DNA from: Ptychomitrium polyphyllum
Lineage: Eukaryota
NCBI GenBank assembly: GCA_973851085.1
Contig: OZ316775.1
Location: forward strand, 11,222,001 to 11,286,000
Direction of reading: 5' to 3'
DNA length: 64,000 bases
The notes under the pieces are model-generated. The model searched no databases and had not been told where the DNA came from. It saw nothing but the letters and a program-made list of their open reading frames with translations. Shown piece after piece: positions 47,165 through 59,397 of the stretch (its first letter is position 1; every line of letters starts with the position of its first letter). The translations under genes were made by a program, and so were the position numbers.

Positions 47165-47954
47165 AATATCTGTTCTGTAAAAGCAGACATGTTTGTGGCT
47201 GAGAAAAAAGCTTCTTTTATTTTAGTTCGAAAGCTGTGTAAATCTACATAATGATGACTTGTGTACAATATACCTTTGATTACGTCTATAAATTTCGCTA
47301 TTTTGAATCAACTTGCATTGAATTCTTGTGTCGACGAGTATTGCTGGTAGTTATTGCACTTGATGGTCTAGACAATTTTACTAAACAGGTTGGAATCAAA
47401 GATTTAAAAATTGAGATAGTTGAAACTTTTCCGTAATAGATAATTGAGAGTATCAGTTTAAAAAAGGTGATCATCATCATAGGATGATGCTGTGCGCTGA
47501 AAATGATAGAAAATTTTGAAAACTGTTCCAGGTTCATAATCTGGCATATACTTCGACAGTCGTTTACTTTGTTCCCCATGTCGCAATTCAAAGTTCGGCT
47601 TCTCCAATGCTCAAATTCTTCCGGATAAAAGGTGGAGCGTTCTCCATCCTACTCAGTCAATGCCATGGTGGTAGACGAATATTGGCATGGTGATATATGG
47701 ATGATATTAACATAGCACATGATTTGACTGAATATGGTAGTTGCATTCATCGTCCGTCATCTGTATTAAGGATGATGCTTCGTTGAATACTATGCCCTAG
47801 TTCAGTGCAGAGCTGTTTTAGGGTTTTCAGGTTGGCCGCCGTATATAGCTATGAGATGCGCAGTGGCTGACATCTGGTGTGAGAAACGATTGTCCTCGTA
47901 CTGTGTCTGTAGGATGTTGATTTAGTCTCGTCTTAGTTGTGTTCGTTGTCGGTG

Positions 47955-48037
47955 TTGTGCAAGTGATGTGAAACCTAGATCCAACTCCTACTGTTTGTGA
48001 GGATTATCTAAACGAGCTTTTTAAATCTGATGCACAA
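47955..48037 (+). ncRNA. U36: C/D box snoRNA, U36/snR47-like (guide for the 18S 2'-O-methyl-A equivalent to yeast Am619), copy A
   Basis: 7-bp terminal stem ttgtgca/tgcacaa; C box GTGATGT 47963; C' GTGAGGA; D box CTGA 48027. Guide ACGAGCTTTTTAA is complementary to conserved 18S UUAAAAAGCUCGU, and the D+5 rule selects the first A of GUUAAAAAG. Confidence 0.85.
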
Positions 48038-48245
48038 GACTCTCGTCGGCATTGTCTACTGTTGTCATCATGCTCATGTCTCGTAACGGTGTGCTTTGCC
48101 GTAGTCGACGAATGGCGTGATTAGTTTGTCAGTGGGTTTGGTTTTGGAATGCTGGGCACTGGTTGTATGCTTTACTTGTAATGATGAAGGCTTTCTAGGT
48201 TTTGGAGTCTCAGACTGTTTTTCAAGTTGCACTGTGGTGCACGCC

Positions 48246-48330
48246 AAGTGCAAATTTTGCGCATCCTAGTTCCAAAGCCTTCATTCAGTGAGGATTATCT
48301 GAAACGATCGTTTGAAAGTCTGATGCACTT
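48246..48330 (+). ncRNA. Divergent U36-like snoRNA paralogue (copy B; degenerate C box, altered guide)
   Basis: Stem aagtgca/tgcactt, cctag, GTGAGGATTATCT and CTGA align with copies A and C, but the C box reads ATTTTGC and the guide reads ACGATCGTTTGAAAG. Confidence 0.55.
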
Positions 48331-48502
48331 TGTCTTGCCCACTTGTTTGCACTGAAGCAGAATTCACATTAAGATGTGAGAATTATGAAACTCAGTAATC
48401 GAATTGAATATCTAAAAATGAAATACATGCAGACGTGCAAGTTCTGTTGTCACAGTCTGAACAGAGTATCCAGTGTCTAGCCAGACCTAAAACACAATTT
48501 TC

Positions 48503-48590
48503 TGTGGTGCAAATGATGCGAAACCTAGACCCGACGTCTATTTTCCGTGAGGATTGTCTAAAGCGAGCTTTTTAAGTCTGATGCACTACA
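48503..48590 (+). ncRNA. U36: C/D box snoRNA, U36/snR47-like, copy C
   Basis: Stem tgtggtgca/tgcactaca; C box ATGATGC 48513; C' GTGAGGA; guide GCGAGCTTTTTAA; D box CTGA 48578. Confidence 0.85.
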
Positions 48591-49766
48591 TTGATGATCG
48601 ATATATTGAATGCGAGACCTGTCATCTGGTCCTGCCAGTGGGAAGGAGCTTGCACATTTAAGGCTTTTCGTCTGGATTTATTTGTGTCTAGCACTGCACC
48701 GTCCGTGGGCTTTGTGACATTAAATAGAACCATTCCCTTTCAATCTTGGTTGACCCGTGGACATTTGTCATCAACTCGGTGCTCGGGATCAGTTTCTTTT
48801 CACACGGACCTCAATGGTCCTCAATCTCTAAAAGCAATTGTTAAAGGAAGGCACAGGCTTAGGATCAGACACCAGGAATCTTCTTACAATATAACTTTGC
48901 GAAGAAGATGTTACATTGTTTCGGAAACGGTTCTTTAATCTCATTTACCTTTGCATGCTGCAATTGGTCTCCTCAAAACAAAATTAGGACCCTGGCGGTT
49001 TTCAGCATGACGCTACGAAACGAAGGTGCCATTTGAGTGCTTTAAAACTACAAAATTATTATATTGCATTTGAGTTCTACTTCTATCTTCATATATCCTG
49101 TTGGCAACTAGCTTGAGAAATTATCTTCATTTGTCGCAGACAGACTGCTTCTGCAAACAACATATGACAGACACTATAAGGCAACTTACTCATAATCGTT
49201 ATTTTCATTTATGTAGATACGAAATAAGAGAAATGGAAAAGACAGGCAGATGCAGATGCCACAACATGAAACTTATACTACTCTTTTGACTAACTTGTGA
49301 TAGTTGCACAAGAAAGCCTCAATAGGTTTCACAATTTATATACTCATCTGAATATGAAAGTTGCTATAACTTCTAAACAGGGCCAACTATGGGATTACTG
49401 CAACTCCATAGCAAGAACAGAGTGGGCAAGATTAAAAGAATTACACTGAGCTGTTACTCCATTCACAAGTCCTTTCAGAAGCAGCATAATCATGTACAAT
49501 ACCCCTAAGATGTAACACAATGCTTCCAACAATTGCTTTCTAGAAAAGTAGAGAAGAGACTAGCCATCCTAATTTTAATCTGTTCCAAAGCCTATGCCGC
49601 TATTGACAATATTGCAAAACCCTAATGTGCACAAATAACGCAAAGCAACTCAGATTCATGTTCTGCAACTTTGAAGACTATAGAAGCCACCCATGAAATG
49701 GAAGTTTACAATTTAGAACAGACAAGCTTTACAATTCTGGCTAACCAAGGTGTTCTCAGAGATGTT

Positions 49767-51092
49767 CTAACTTGGAGAAACAGACTCTCCATCAACGCCA
49801 GCTGCAAAACATGCAGGCAGACGAAGGTTCATAATAGTCTTCCCGAACCAAATTGCGCATCCTTCAGGGAGAGGCATCATTGGGTTCCTTGGCAACCGAT
49901 CCCATGAATGTGACACCAAGTCGTACACAGTGGTGATCCCAGATCTAATTGACATCAAAATTACAGAACTCTTGACGCCAAACGCTTGGAGATCTAGATC
50001 TTGTAGATCGAACCATGTTTTTGCTGGCACGTTGTCACTACTTGCTTGCACATCGAAATCCAATTGCACCTGTGCACTTGTCAATTGAAACACCATTGAC
50101 GAAGTTCTTTCCGCAAGTAATATTTCGCATGCACGATAGAATGGGGAGAAGTTGGACACATCCTCCGACAAGTTCATCCAAGCTAGGAGAAACAAACGAC
50201 CGTCACTCACTATCAGTTGAGGTGGTTCATGGTGGCTCAGCGACTTTTTAATGTGCAAGCCTGTATCCTGCCATATATCCTCCTTACTGTCATAACTATG
50301 AAGCCAATAGTCCGGGTCATCCTCGGGCAAAAGAGACATGAACAATACGTAGAGAAGTCCTCGATACATGACGCTGCATTTGCAGTAGTTAACCCCACGC
50401 TCCTGAGGCAAGAGTGGGTTGGTGGAACTCTGCCATTGACCGTCGGTGGAGTCGTAAATGGGCATCAAAGAATGACGTAGAATGGCTTCAGGGTCTCGAA
50501 AGCCTCCACAGTTGGAATGGTCTATGAAGCCCTCGTTGATAAAGAAGACTTTGAAGCTATCGTCGATGTCGTGAACAGCAAAATTCAGGATTCCAATTTC
50601 GTCACAATCCACGCTAACACAACGTTTCGGTCTGTCGGGCAGTCTCAGAATTGTCGTCCTCAGGAGGGGGTTAAAAATGCTAATTATTGCGTCATTCCCG
50701 TCCTGCGACACACATTCGCAAACAAGACCTGCATTTGTAGCCACAAATGTAGAATTGGTATCCACTGAAGTAAATCTCCTATCGCCAGTTTCGCCTAAAG
50801 TTCGATCATGCTTCATCCTGTACCACCTTCGTGCCTCTAGATCAAGAACGATCCAACCAGTAAACTCTGGATGACGAGTCTGAACGTTTTCAGCAACACG
50901 TCCAACAATGTAACAGTAATCCTTCCCTGCATTTTGGAGACAGAGAATGGAAAACTTGGGGCATCTTGAGATGAGCCTATTCCATCTTTTGCAGACAATG
51001 CGCCATCTGCACAAGCTAGGGACAGGCAAGAACGACAACACTATCTCCTGAACCTCCGTCGGCAGCTCCTCCCACAACCGAGCTAATGCCAT
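49767..51092 (-). CDS. Intronless F-box protein with a beta-propeller/kelch-like C-terminus
   Basis: N-terminal F-box LWEELPTEVQEIVLSFLPVPSLCRWRIVCKRWNRLI; VATNAGLVC, IFNPL and IYDSTDGQW motifs typical of plant F-box expansions; 441 aa ORF. Confidence 0.88.
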   Translation of the reverse strand: MALARLWEELPTEVQEIVLSFLPVPSLCRWRIVCKRWNRLISRCPKFSILCLQNAGKDYCYIVGRVAENVQTRHPEFTGWIVLDLEARRWYRMKHDRTLGETGDRRFTSVDTNSTFVATNAGLVCECVSQDGNDAIISIFNPLLRTTILRLPDRPKRCVSVDCDEIGILNFAVHDIDDSFKVFFINEGFIDHSNCGGFRDPEAILRHSLMPIYDSTDGQWQSSTNPLLPQERGVNYCKCSVMYRGLLYVLFMSLLPEDDPDYWLHSYDSKEDIWQDTGLHIKKSLSHHEPPQLIVSDGRLFLLAWMNLSEDVSNFSPFYRACEILLAERTSSMVFQLTSAQVQLDFDVQASSDNVPAKTWFDLQDLDLQAFGVKSSVILMSIRSGITTVYDLVSHSWDRLPRNPMMPLPEGCAIWFGKTIMNLRLPACFAAGVDGESVSPS

Positions 51093-51919
51093 GGTGCTCT
51101 ACACTACAGGCATCAACAAACTAGCTTGGGATGAGATCACGAGCACTGCCTTCGCCAATACACAACTATACGAAGTACGCACAGGATGTGAAGTTCACCA
51201 CAGCTTTCTGTTGTGATGGATTGTGGGTCTTGCAGATGCCCTCGTCTTGACACAGGAAGGCTCGTCACTAGGGTTTAGAGAAGCCTTCAAGAACTCCTTG
51301 CGCTTTCCATCAATGACTGAGGGTTGTTGGAACTTGGAACCATGATTGTTATTGAGTGCAGGTGGTGTCATGGTGTTAGAATCAGTCCTATGCATGTGTT
51401 CTCAGCTCTATGATGTCAATGAGTTGTTGTTCAGCTCCATGATGTTTACTGAATGATGATGCGATAATTAGGCCAGCATCTTGTAAGTTAATCACATAGA
51501 TGATTAAGCAATGATAGCATGTTAATGTTAGTATTGTTGTTACGGGTTGGAAATTTGATCATCGAAGTTGTACATATGCAGTATAAAGAATCCGAAATAG
51601 GGGAAACTTTTTAGGCGCCTCAAATGGTGGTGCGCTGCAAAGAGTTTTATTGGTACAAAATGTCGATACAGGCTCTGTAAGTAATCCTACTTTTCTTGTG
51701 ATGTAACCCTAATCTCTACAAACCACTCTGCGAGACCAATTCAGTGTCTCACTTCTCACCAATCTCGCCGGCCCTCTCTATGCTGCTCTTGCGAGACGGC
51801 AAAGTCTTATTTCTCACAAACTAAACCAATTCACATGGAACAAAATCATCAATCAACAAACTTATGTGAGCACAATCCTTTACACTCTATGACAGTTCCT
51901 GGCGCCCTGCACGCAACCT

Positions 51920-53670
51920 TCACGCAATCTTCACCCACACAGCGGTTCCAGGGATCCAGTCTTGCACAGGCCAGAGCATGTAGTAGCCAGGAGGAGCCAG
52001 TTCTGCATATGGAGGAGCAGTGGCTTCCACCGTGTAGGAGCCTTCGTTCGCTGCCGCAACAGGCTCTGTCACTTTGAGCCTCAGCAGTCTTTGCCCCATG
52101 GCGTAAGAATGCGTGACGAACGGGGAACTCTCCAAGTTCAATTCGAAATCTCCTACTTTCTCCGTTGCTGTGAATGTGACGTCGAATGTGTCGCCGTAGC
52201 CAATTGTGTTTGGGGAGTCCGTGATGGCGGGCCGCTTGTTGTTGTATCTGGAAACGAGGCAAGGAATCAATGTTAGGTTACGGTAGATCGACGTATTCTC
52301 GTCATCAGTGAGCGATGGCGATGTCTTTTGCATGTGGTTTATAAGGAGGTAGCTCAGAGGTGGGTGTTTGCTTACTCAGCATTGAGATATGGTGGCGAGA
52401 AGGCGTCGATTCTGAGCTCAGTAGGAAAATCACCAGTGAAGGTGTAGTACTGGTGCGAGTTGCTGCCCGCGAGCAGGATTCTGCCGTCAATGAGGAGATT
52501 AGCGGTTGAATGGTAGACTCGTTTGATGTCGCCCTCTTCGAGCGTCTGAAATCGGTTGTCTGCATTGTAGGTAGCGTATTTGACAGGCGTGAGAACAGGA
52601 TCGGAGGCTCTTCCCCATCCCTGGGAGCCCTTCTCGGCGCCATTGATGATCAACACCTCGCCGTTGGGCAAGAGAAGCATATCCCCCATGGTGCGTCGCA
52701 TTGGCATATCTTCCATGGCCCATTCTGGATTGTCGTCTGTGACTGTTATCCTTCCACAGGTTTTCGAAGCAGGGTACAGGTCACGGTAGTTTTTGAAGGC
52801 GCCGTCTTGGGCTCCGCCGCAGACTAGAACCTCAACGACACTGTAGTCATCGGCTTGGTTGAGGGGGAGCATAACAGAGGAGCCCGCTGATGGATAATTT
52901 CGAGGCTCACCTGGAATTCTTGGGAATTCTTTCTCCACCTTGTCGTCTTTGTAGTTTAGGATGATGGAGTCACGGTTCGCGAAGATGTAGAGGTTGCCGC
53001 TGGGCAGCAGGTGCACGAAGGGATACATGTTGTCGCCCGACTCGGAGTTCGTGTCCTCAAGTAATTGGAGATCGAAGACGCCCTCGTTGTTGCTTCTCTT
53101 AGGCACAAATTCGTAGGAGAAAGCCCGGCGTCCTCCGATCACAATTTGCATCTTCCCGTCCGGAAGAATCTGGTTGGTGGCATACCAGCGCCCCTCTGAG
53201 AGCTCGTCGTCTGTCTCCACCCAGTCGCAATCGCCATTCCTCCCACATGGCGCCAGTGTGCGAATCTTCTTCAGGCCCTCGAAGTCTCCCCCCGTCTGGA
53301 TCATTGTGCCGTCCGCATCGAACTGCCCCGAGGAGCACCAAGTGTCCGTCTGCACCCACAGAGCCCGCACCGAATTGCTGGTTGGATCGAACATGACAGA
53401 GTGCGCCGTGCAATCTCTTTTCAGAGAGAGCTCGTCTTCGTTCTCGCGGCAGTCGCCATCGGGTAATTTAATCTCTGACTCGCCGATGTTCGTACGGTCT
53501 AGAAGAATAGCTGTGTTGTAGTGTGTGATTGCTGTATGCATTGAAGAAATCCCTGCGTTGTCGAGCAGCTGCTCCCACGTTCCTTGAGCGTCGGCGAAGC
53601 GGAGTTGTAGGAGGCACCATGATGCCGTTACTAGAGCTATCCAGAACGCCTCCTTGAGTTGAGCCTGCAT
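51920..53670 (-). CDS. GLOX: Secreted glyoxal oxidase / galactose oxidase-like copper-radical oxidase, 2 coding exons
   Basis: Signal peptide; AGISSMH, TDTWCSSG, RWYATNQILPDG, RNYPSAGSSV, RVYHSTANLL, AGSNSH, FSPPYL. Intron 52375-52248. Exon 2 carries PFVTHSYAMGQRL and APPGYYML (DUF1929-type domain). Confidence 0.93.
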
Positions 53671-56600
53671 CTTGAAAGTACACTACCACGAACTAAAACT
53701 CAATTGAAAATTTCTCTCTGTAGCAGTCTTACAACTTCGTGATGCAGGGGACGAGAAAATTTATCTACATACATATGACAATATATAATTCCTCACTGCA
53801 ACTGCATATCAGTCTACCAAGTTGCTGGCAGCTCCAGTTGATCACCTTAAGAGAGGTACAATTACTCAACTCTCATGCAAAATACTGACAGCCACATTGT
53901 GGTTGTGATTCACCGTGAGTCAAGACAGTTCGCCGAAATCTAGCTGCTGTCTAATTCCCTCCAGATCCTATTCAGTGGTAGCTCTAGAAGATGCGCTCCA
54001 ATAAGCTAAGTCCTTCCTCAAGTACTCCCGTCCTTCTATGTTTTCAGCGGCAAGTTTTCCAGGTGAGAACTCAATAAGAATAAGTATAGGCAGAAGATAG
54101 TACCGACTGAAATTATTCACAAGAGCAGCTGCTCTGGGACCTCTGTAACGAGCAGATACTTGTCACTTGCTTGTCACAAGAGATTATAGCGAGATCGCTC
54201 CCAGAAGGAAAACGAGGGCAAGATTGCGAAGAGATCAAGCCAAGGAGACTACGCTTCAAGTAGCCAGCTTAGGCTCAGCTGCAAGCTGGCTCTGGTGAAG
54301 GTGCTGAACATATATGTGTCGCTTAGATTCCTTTTAGACAGTGCAAGCAAGGGCGATGCGGGCAGGGTGCACCCTGTTTTTCTCGTCTGCACTCACCTGT
54401 AGCTTCCGCTTCAGGTCGAATTTCCAAAAATGTACTGTGAAGAAGACCCGGGAGGTAACTTTGACTGTTCGACAAATGAGCCCTCGAGGGCCTGAGTCGA
54501 CTGCAGCCTTGTGACATCCTAAACTGACTTTTTTCTGGATGATGTTTCTGTGGGTCCTCATCGTCAAACAGAGAAAAGAATTTAAGGCATGAGAACAGTG
54601 TACGACAATTGTACCTTACCATCTGTGCCGGACACAAACAGAAGCACCCTACCGCACGTGTATTAAATGGTCTGTGTATGGGTTTCGGTTACTGCATCTT
54701 CCATTTTAGGCTGCTGCGTGATTTTCTCAAAATACTCAAACAGCAATTAGTGGAAGAGTATTAGATCGCTCTTGGGCAAAAGAAGCCCAGTTGTTGCAGA
54801 ATCTTGTGTGCGTTGGAGAAACTATTTAATGCTTGGTTTCGCACGCATTTCTAAGTGAGATTGCATACTTATCACTGTAGATGCATAACTTAGTGTAGGT
54901 GAATTTAGCTGGCGACACAGCAATTTCATGTAAGCCTCCTCACCACCTTCGTCATTTTCTTCTCAGTTTCGTGTGAAAACGTGGTAGGTATGAAGGTTAC
55001 AGTAAACATCTGCCCGTAATCTACTGTAGCTAATAGAATTGAATGGTTTGGTGCCAGGATTGCATGCAGATGTAGAGGACGCCCTGAACCTGAAGTAGCA
55101 GGCCAGCTGCATATTCCAAGGTAAAGTATTAATGATGTTCCGATTTAAAAGGGCTCCTGGGGCCTGAACAACGTCAGAGAAGAAACACGATGCTCCAGTA
55201 CTCCTTCAATTATTGGACCTCTTTGACTAGAAGTCAGCTACCTTTCAAGTTTCTTCATGCTCAAACTTTTTCCATACCAGTCACCGCGACTCAACTGGAA
55301 GGAAGACGGTAACATATTTATCTTCCATCACGCGTTTCATTGTGCACCCTAAGGAAGGTGAAACACGTCAGATTAGAGTGAAATGCGTTACAATGGTTTA
55401 GAAATGAACCGTGACACCCACTTGAGGTCACTGGCTCCTGGAGAAGCTGTGCCTGCACGTGAAAGCGCCGGCTTGAACAAATAAAAAGTCACTTTGTACA
55501 GTTTTTAAAAAATAAGATAAAATAAAATTATAGTTATTAAAATGTAAAAAACTCATATTCATGGACTATACTTCATTATTCAGTAGGAATACCATCACCT
55601 ATTTCACTTCAAAAAATTCACAATGATTTCAGATTTTGCCATATGTTTTCACGTCTTTTTCTACACAACTTGGGTAGAATACAATGGCATGCATTACTCT
55701 CACAGATATGACCACTTTCTCAAATTCCACCAAAGTAAAAGAAACTTGTTATCCTAATAAAAATGAAATTATTAACTATATGGTAGTAAGAATTTGTGTC
55801 GCATTCTTCAACAATCAATAGTTGGAACAATTCGTCGTTACCTTAGAGTGTGAAAAATCAATAAAAAATTATAGTGAAAGCTTGTTGCATAAGTCTAGAC
55901 TGGTGACTTCGTGTGCATACTCTCTTAATCTTCTGTTGAATATTGTTCAAGTATTATATCTTTTTGGTGAAAATATTCAGAGGTCACGGAAGAATGCTAC
56001 GATCCAAGGTCCAACAACTGCTAATTTGATCAAACGCCATTTTCAATATGGTGCTCATCAGAGGCTGCTTGCACAATGCAAACCCTCCAGTCTGGAATCA
56101 ATAACTGCAACCATTGACTCACGCATTGACCACATGACCCCAACTGGAAACACTTGAAAGTTTGGGCTCTTTGTGAGGAGCCAAGTCAGGCTCAGAAATC
56201 TTCTAAGCTACTTCTGACTTAGAAAACTCTCTTTTTCTCCCCTTTATAAAGGGATTTCGACCAACATGGCTTTGCTTGTCTTTGTGCACATGCATAAAGC
56301 AAGATGAAAATGAAGAAACAATTTTGTGCTGAGTGAGTTCCTTCGAATGGCAAAAGCTGCCGATTTTGTCGTGGAATGAACTCCACTTAGAGGTCTAAAC
56401 GTTTCATTGTATATCAATTACTAGACTGGGAATATGTCACCCCCAATTCCGTTTACTAGCTTAATTCTCATGTAGAAGTTTCTTACACAGTGAAACTTTA
56501 CTCGACAACGCTGCATATGTTGCCCAACCTGGGGCACACAAACATCAGGTGTCCATCAAAAGTCTTAGGCAGGTCTTTGCCGTAGCAAGAGGTTTTACAC

Positions 56601-57159
56601 ACCTTTCTCACTCAATAATAGAGCACTCTGGGCCACTTCCCACTTTACATACGGCGGTATACCGAATGGCATAGGAAGGAGAAACAACAGCTGCATACCA
56701 ACTAACTTTTTCGTATGCCAACACCTTTGCATACAAGCCGCACTACCTTATAGTGTACTTGCTAAAAGCCTCTTCACAAGCAAAGGAGTTTTTAGGATCC
56801 CTTTTTGACTGCATAAAAGGCTTGTGTCCTTGCCTTTGGCAACCATTCGGTGGAGTTTGCAGAAGCCTTTCAGCAAGAATTTAACACACTTCCTTACAGT
56901 CTCCAAGTCATGACACTGTTGCTTTAACGTTCATGTCATGTGCTGCTTTGAAAATCCCCAAGCTGCCAGATCAGCTCCCCCGAGCTGCCAGATCGGCACC
57001 CCCAAGGTTGCCCTAAGGGCACACAAAGGGGGAAAAAAAGGTGCAAGCAATTAGCAATGACAACATGTTTCCAAATGCACTCTCAGGCCCTTGCAAAGGC
57101 TTTGCATGAATCTCTACACAGAGGGAGCCTTGTACACAACAACAAGTCCATCGTTTGAG

Positions 57160-58800
57160 CTCATTGAATATAATAAATATTTGATTAAATGATAATGATA
57201 ATAATAATAATAATGAAACGCTTCAAACAATAATAAAGGATATGATTACTCTAATTCTTGTTGTTGTTGTTTGCCAGGGTCATGTTTTTCTTAAGCTTCT
57301 TAAATGATTGGTACTGACTTGTATATAGAAGGCTTTTGAATAGTTTTGAGCATTTGCATAACATTTTTTAGCCCTTTTTTACTACATTAGTTAAAGGATT
57401 AGGGCCAAACAAGCTATTACATGATATTTGATAATGTTTAGTACTTGATCAAGTGGTGGAGTTTGATAGGATTTTTTAAAATTTGGAATTTTTAATGAAT
57501 TTTGGATAAACAAATGTTCATATTTATCAAAATTCTTTATTTCCTAGATTTTTTTTTTGAAATCATTAGATTTTCTTGTAGGTTTTTGTGCATACAACTC
57601 TAATCCATGCAATACAATTTTGATATAGGCACTTTTAAGTTCATTTGGAACAAATTCTACATTAAGTGATTTTGATTTTCTTTTGTTCTTTTTATTCAAA
57701 ACATTAAAATCACTTAAGCCACAGTCAATTTTTGTAGTTGTAACTGTGTGTTCAAAGTCTTTTTTGTTGAAATTTAAATCATTTACTTCTTTTGAAATCA
57801 ATATTGGAACTTCTATACTTTTATCTTTATTTGAGCTTTCCATCTTATATCTTCTTTTAGTTGAATATGTTTTCTTCATTACAATCCTCATATTTCCACT
57901 ATCACCTTGGACTTGTACCTTGTTCTTTTTCTTTAAATGAACTTTTTCATAGTGAATAGTTTCTTGATCTTTTCCATTACTTGTGTCTCCTAGCTCATTT
58001 CTTTTATTAAAATATTTTTTCATCACATTTTTTCCTAGCCACATTGTGGAGAGCTGTGATTCCAATTGCTTCGTAATTAATTTTTGTTTTTTAAATTGCT
58101 CTTGTAATTCTAAGAATTCTAATTGTAATTTTGATAATGTGGTTTCTTTGTCATTCTTTTCCATTTGTAATTGTATTGGCTTATTGCATCCTTCATTTAG
58201 ATGCCTTTCAATGAGCTCTCCTTTTATTTCCATCATATCTAACAATTTATCTTCTACATTCATTCCAATATACTTGTGCTATGCCACTTTCTTTATATTA
58301 TTATGCACCTCATACAAAATAAAATAAATGAAATGAAATGATCCATAACTAAACTTCAAGATTTTTTTATTTATATAGAGTTTGTTATTATTAATCAACT
58401 TTTATTTTCCTATAAGTAGAAAGTAAAAGAAAAGCTATAAATCAAATGTAAAAGTTAAAAAAAAAAACATGGATGGAAGATGAATTGATGTTTATTTACA
58501 AACTTATGTGTTGATTTTGGCATGGTGAGATGAAATAACATACAAATACATATTTGATACATATTTTAATGCAAGTTTCTCTATAATCATAAAAGTAAGA
58601 GTAAAAGTAAAAGTAAAAGTAAGAAAGTAAAAGTAAGAAAGTAAAACAATAAAAGGTAAAAACAAAACAGTAAAACAATTGAAAGTAAAATAATAAAGCA
58701 ACCGGAAAATAAAAAGTAGAGTAGGAAAACAATAGAATAGTAAAACAATTAAAAATTAGTCCCATAAGTGTGGACAGAGTGCCAGATAGGATGGGACTAT
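57160..58800 (-). mobile_element. AT-rich transposon-like relic carrying a K/N/E-rich coiled-coil ORF (57544-58263)
   Basis: Very high AT; 239-aa low-complexity ORF; (TTTTAC)n tract at 58590-58750 related to the 44.2-kb relic. No recognisable catalytic domain. Confidence 0.45.
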
Positions 58801-59397
58801 AAGATTTCAAAATGCTTATTATGATGGGTAATGTGCATGCATGCAGCATATATTACTACCTTCATATGTAGGTCTTCCCTGAATTGGCTTTCCAATCATT
58901 TTCATATAACCCAACTGGAAAAATGTAGCACTGTTCACTGTTTTAGAAGCAGAGATTGCAACACTGCTGTGGTCACAAGTACTGATTACAAGAACTGTCT
59001 TGAAGCAATAAGGCTCATCCTTATACACAAGCGTCAATATAGCCAATGAGTGCTCTGCTTAAAAGGAGGAGCCGTTGGACTGATGAATTTGCATTGAAGA
59101 TTATGTTTATGATAAATTTCCTCATCTTCCACATCATGTTTAGTAGTTCTCATAGTACGGTCGTAGCCAGTATGCTTAGTTTGACATAATCTATACTTTG
59201 ACGTCCAAATGGATATCAATAAAAAGAATCTCTCGATATCAGCTAAAAACTCCTAACCCTTTATCTTTATGTCTTTGCCCTTAATCTCAGGATTTTCTCA
59301 TCTTTAAGAAACCGTTGCCAGGCAGTTTTAGTGACGCAATCTTTGTAAGGAAAATTGTAGACCCAGTGGTATTAAATTTGTGTTGAAAACTAAGAAC

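Noticed and set aside
54323..54637. Short minus-strand ORFs upstream of GLOX
   Set aside because: No recognisable domain; donor sites at ~54396 and ~54619 suggest 5' UTR exons of GLOX instead.
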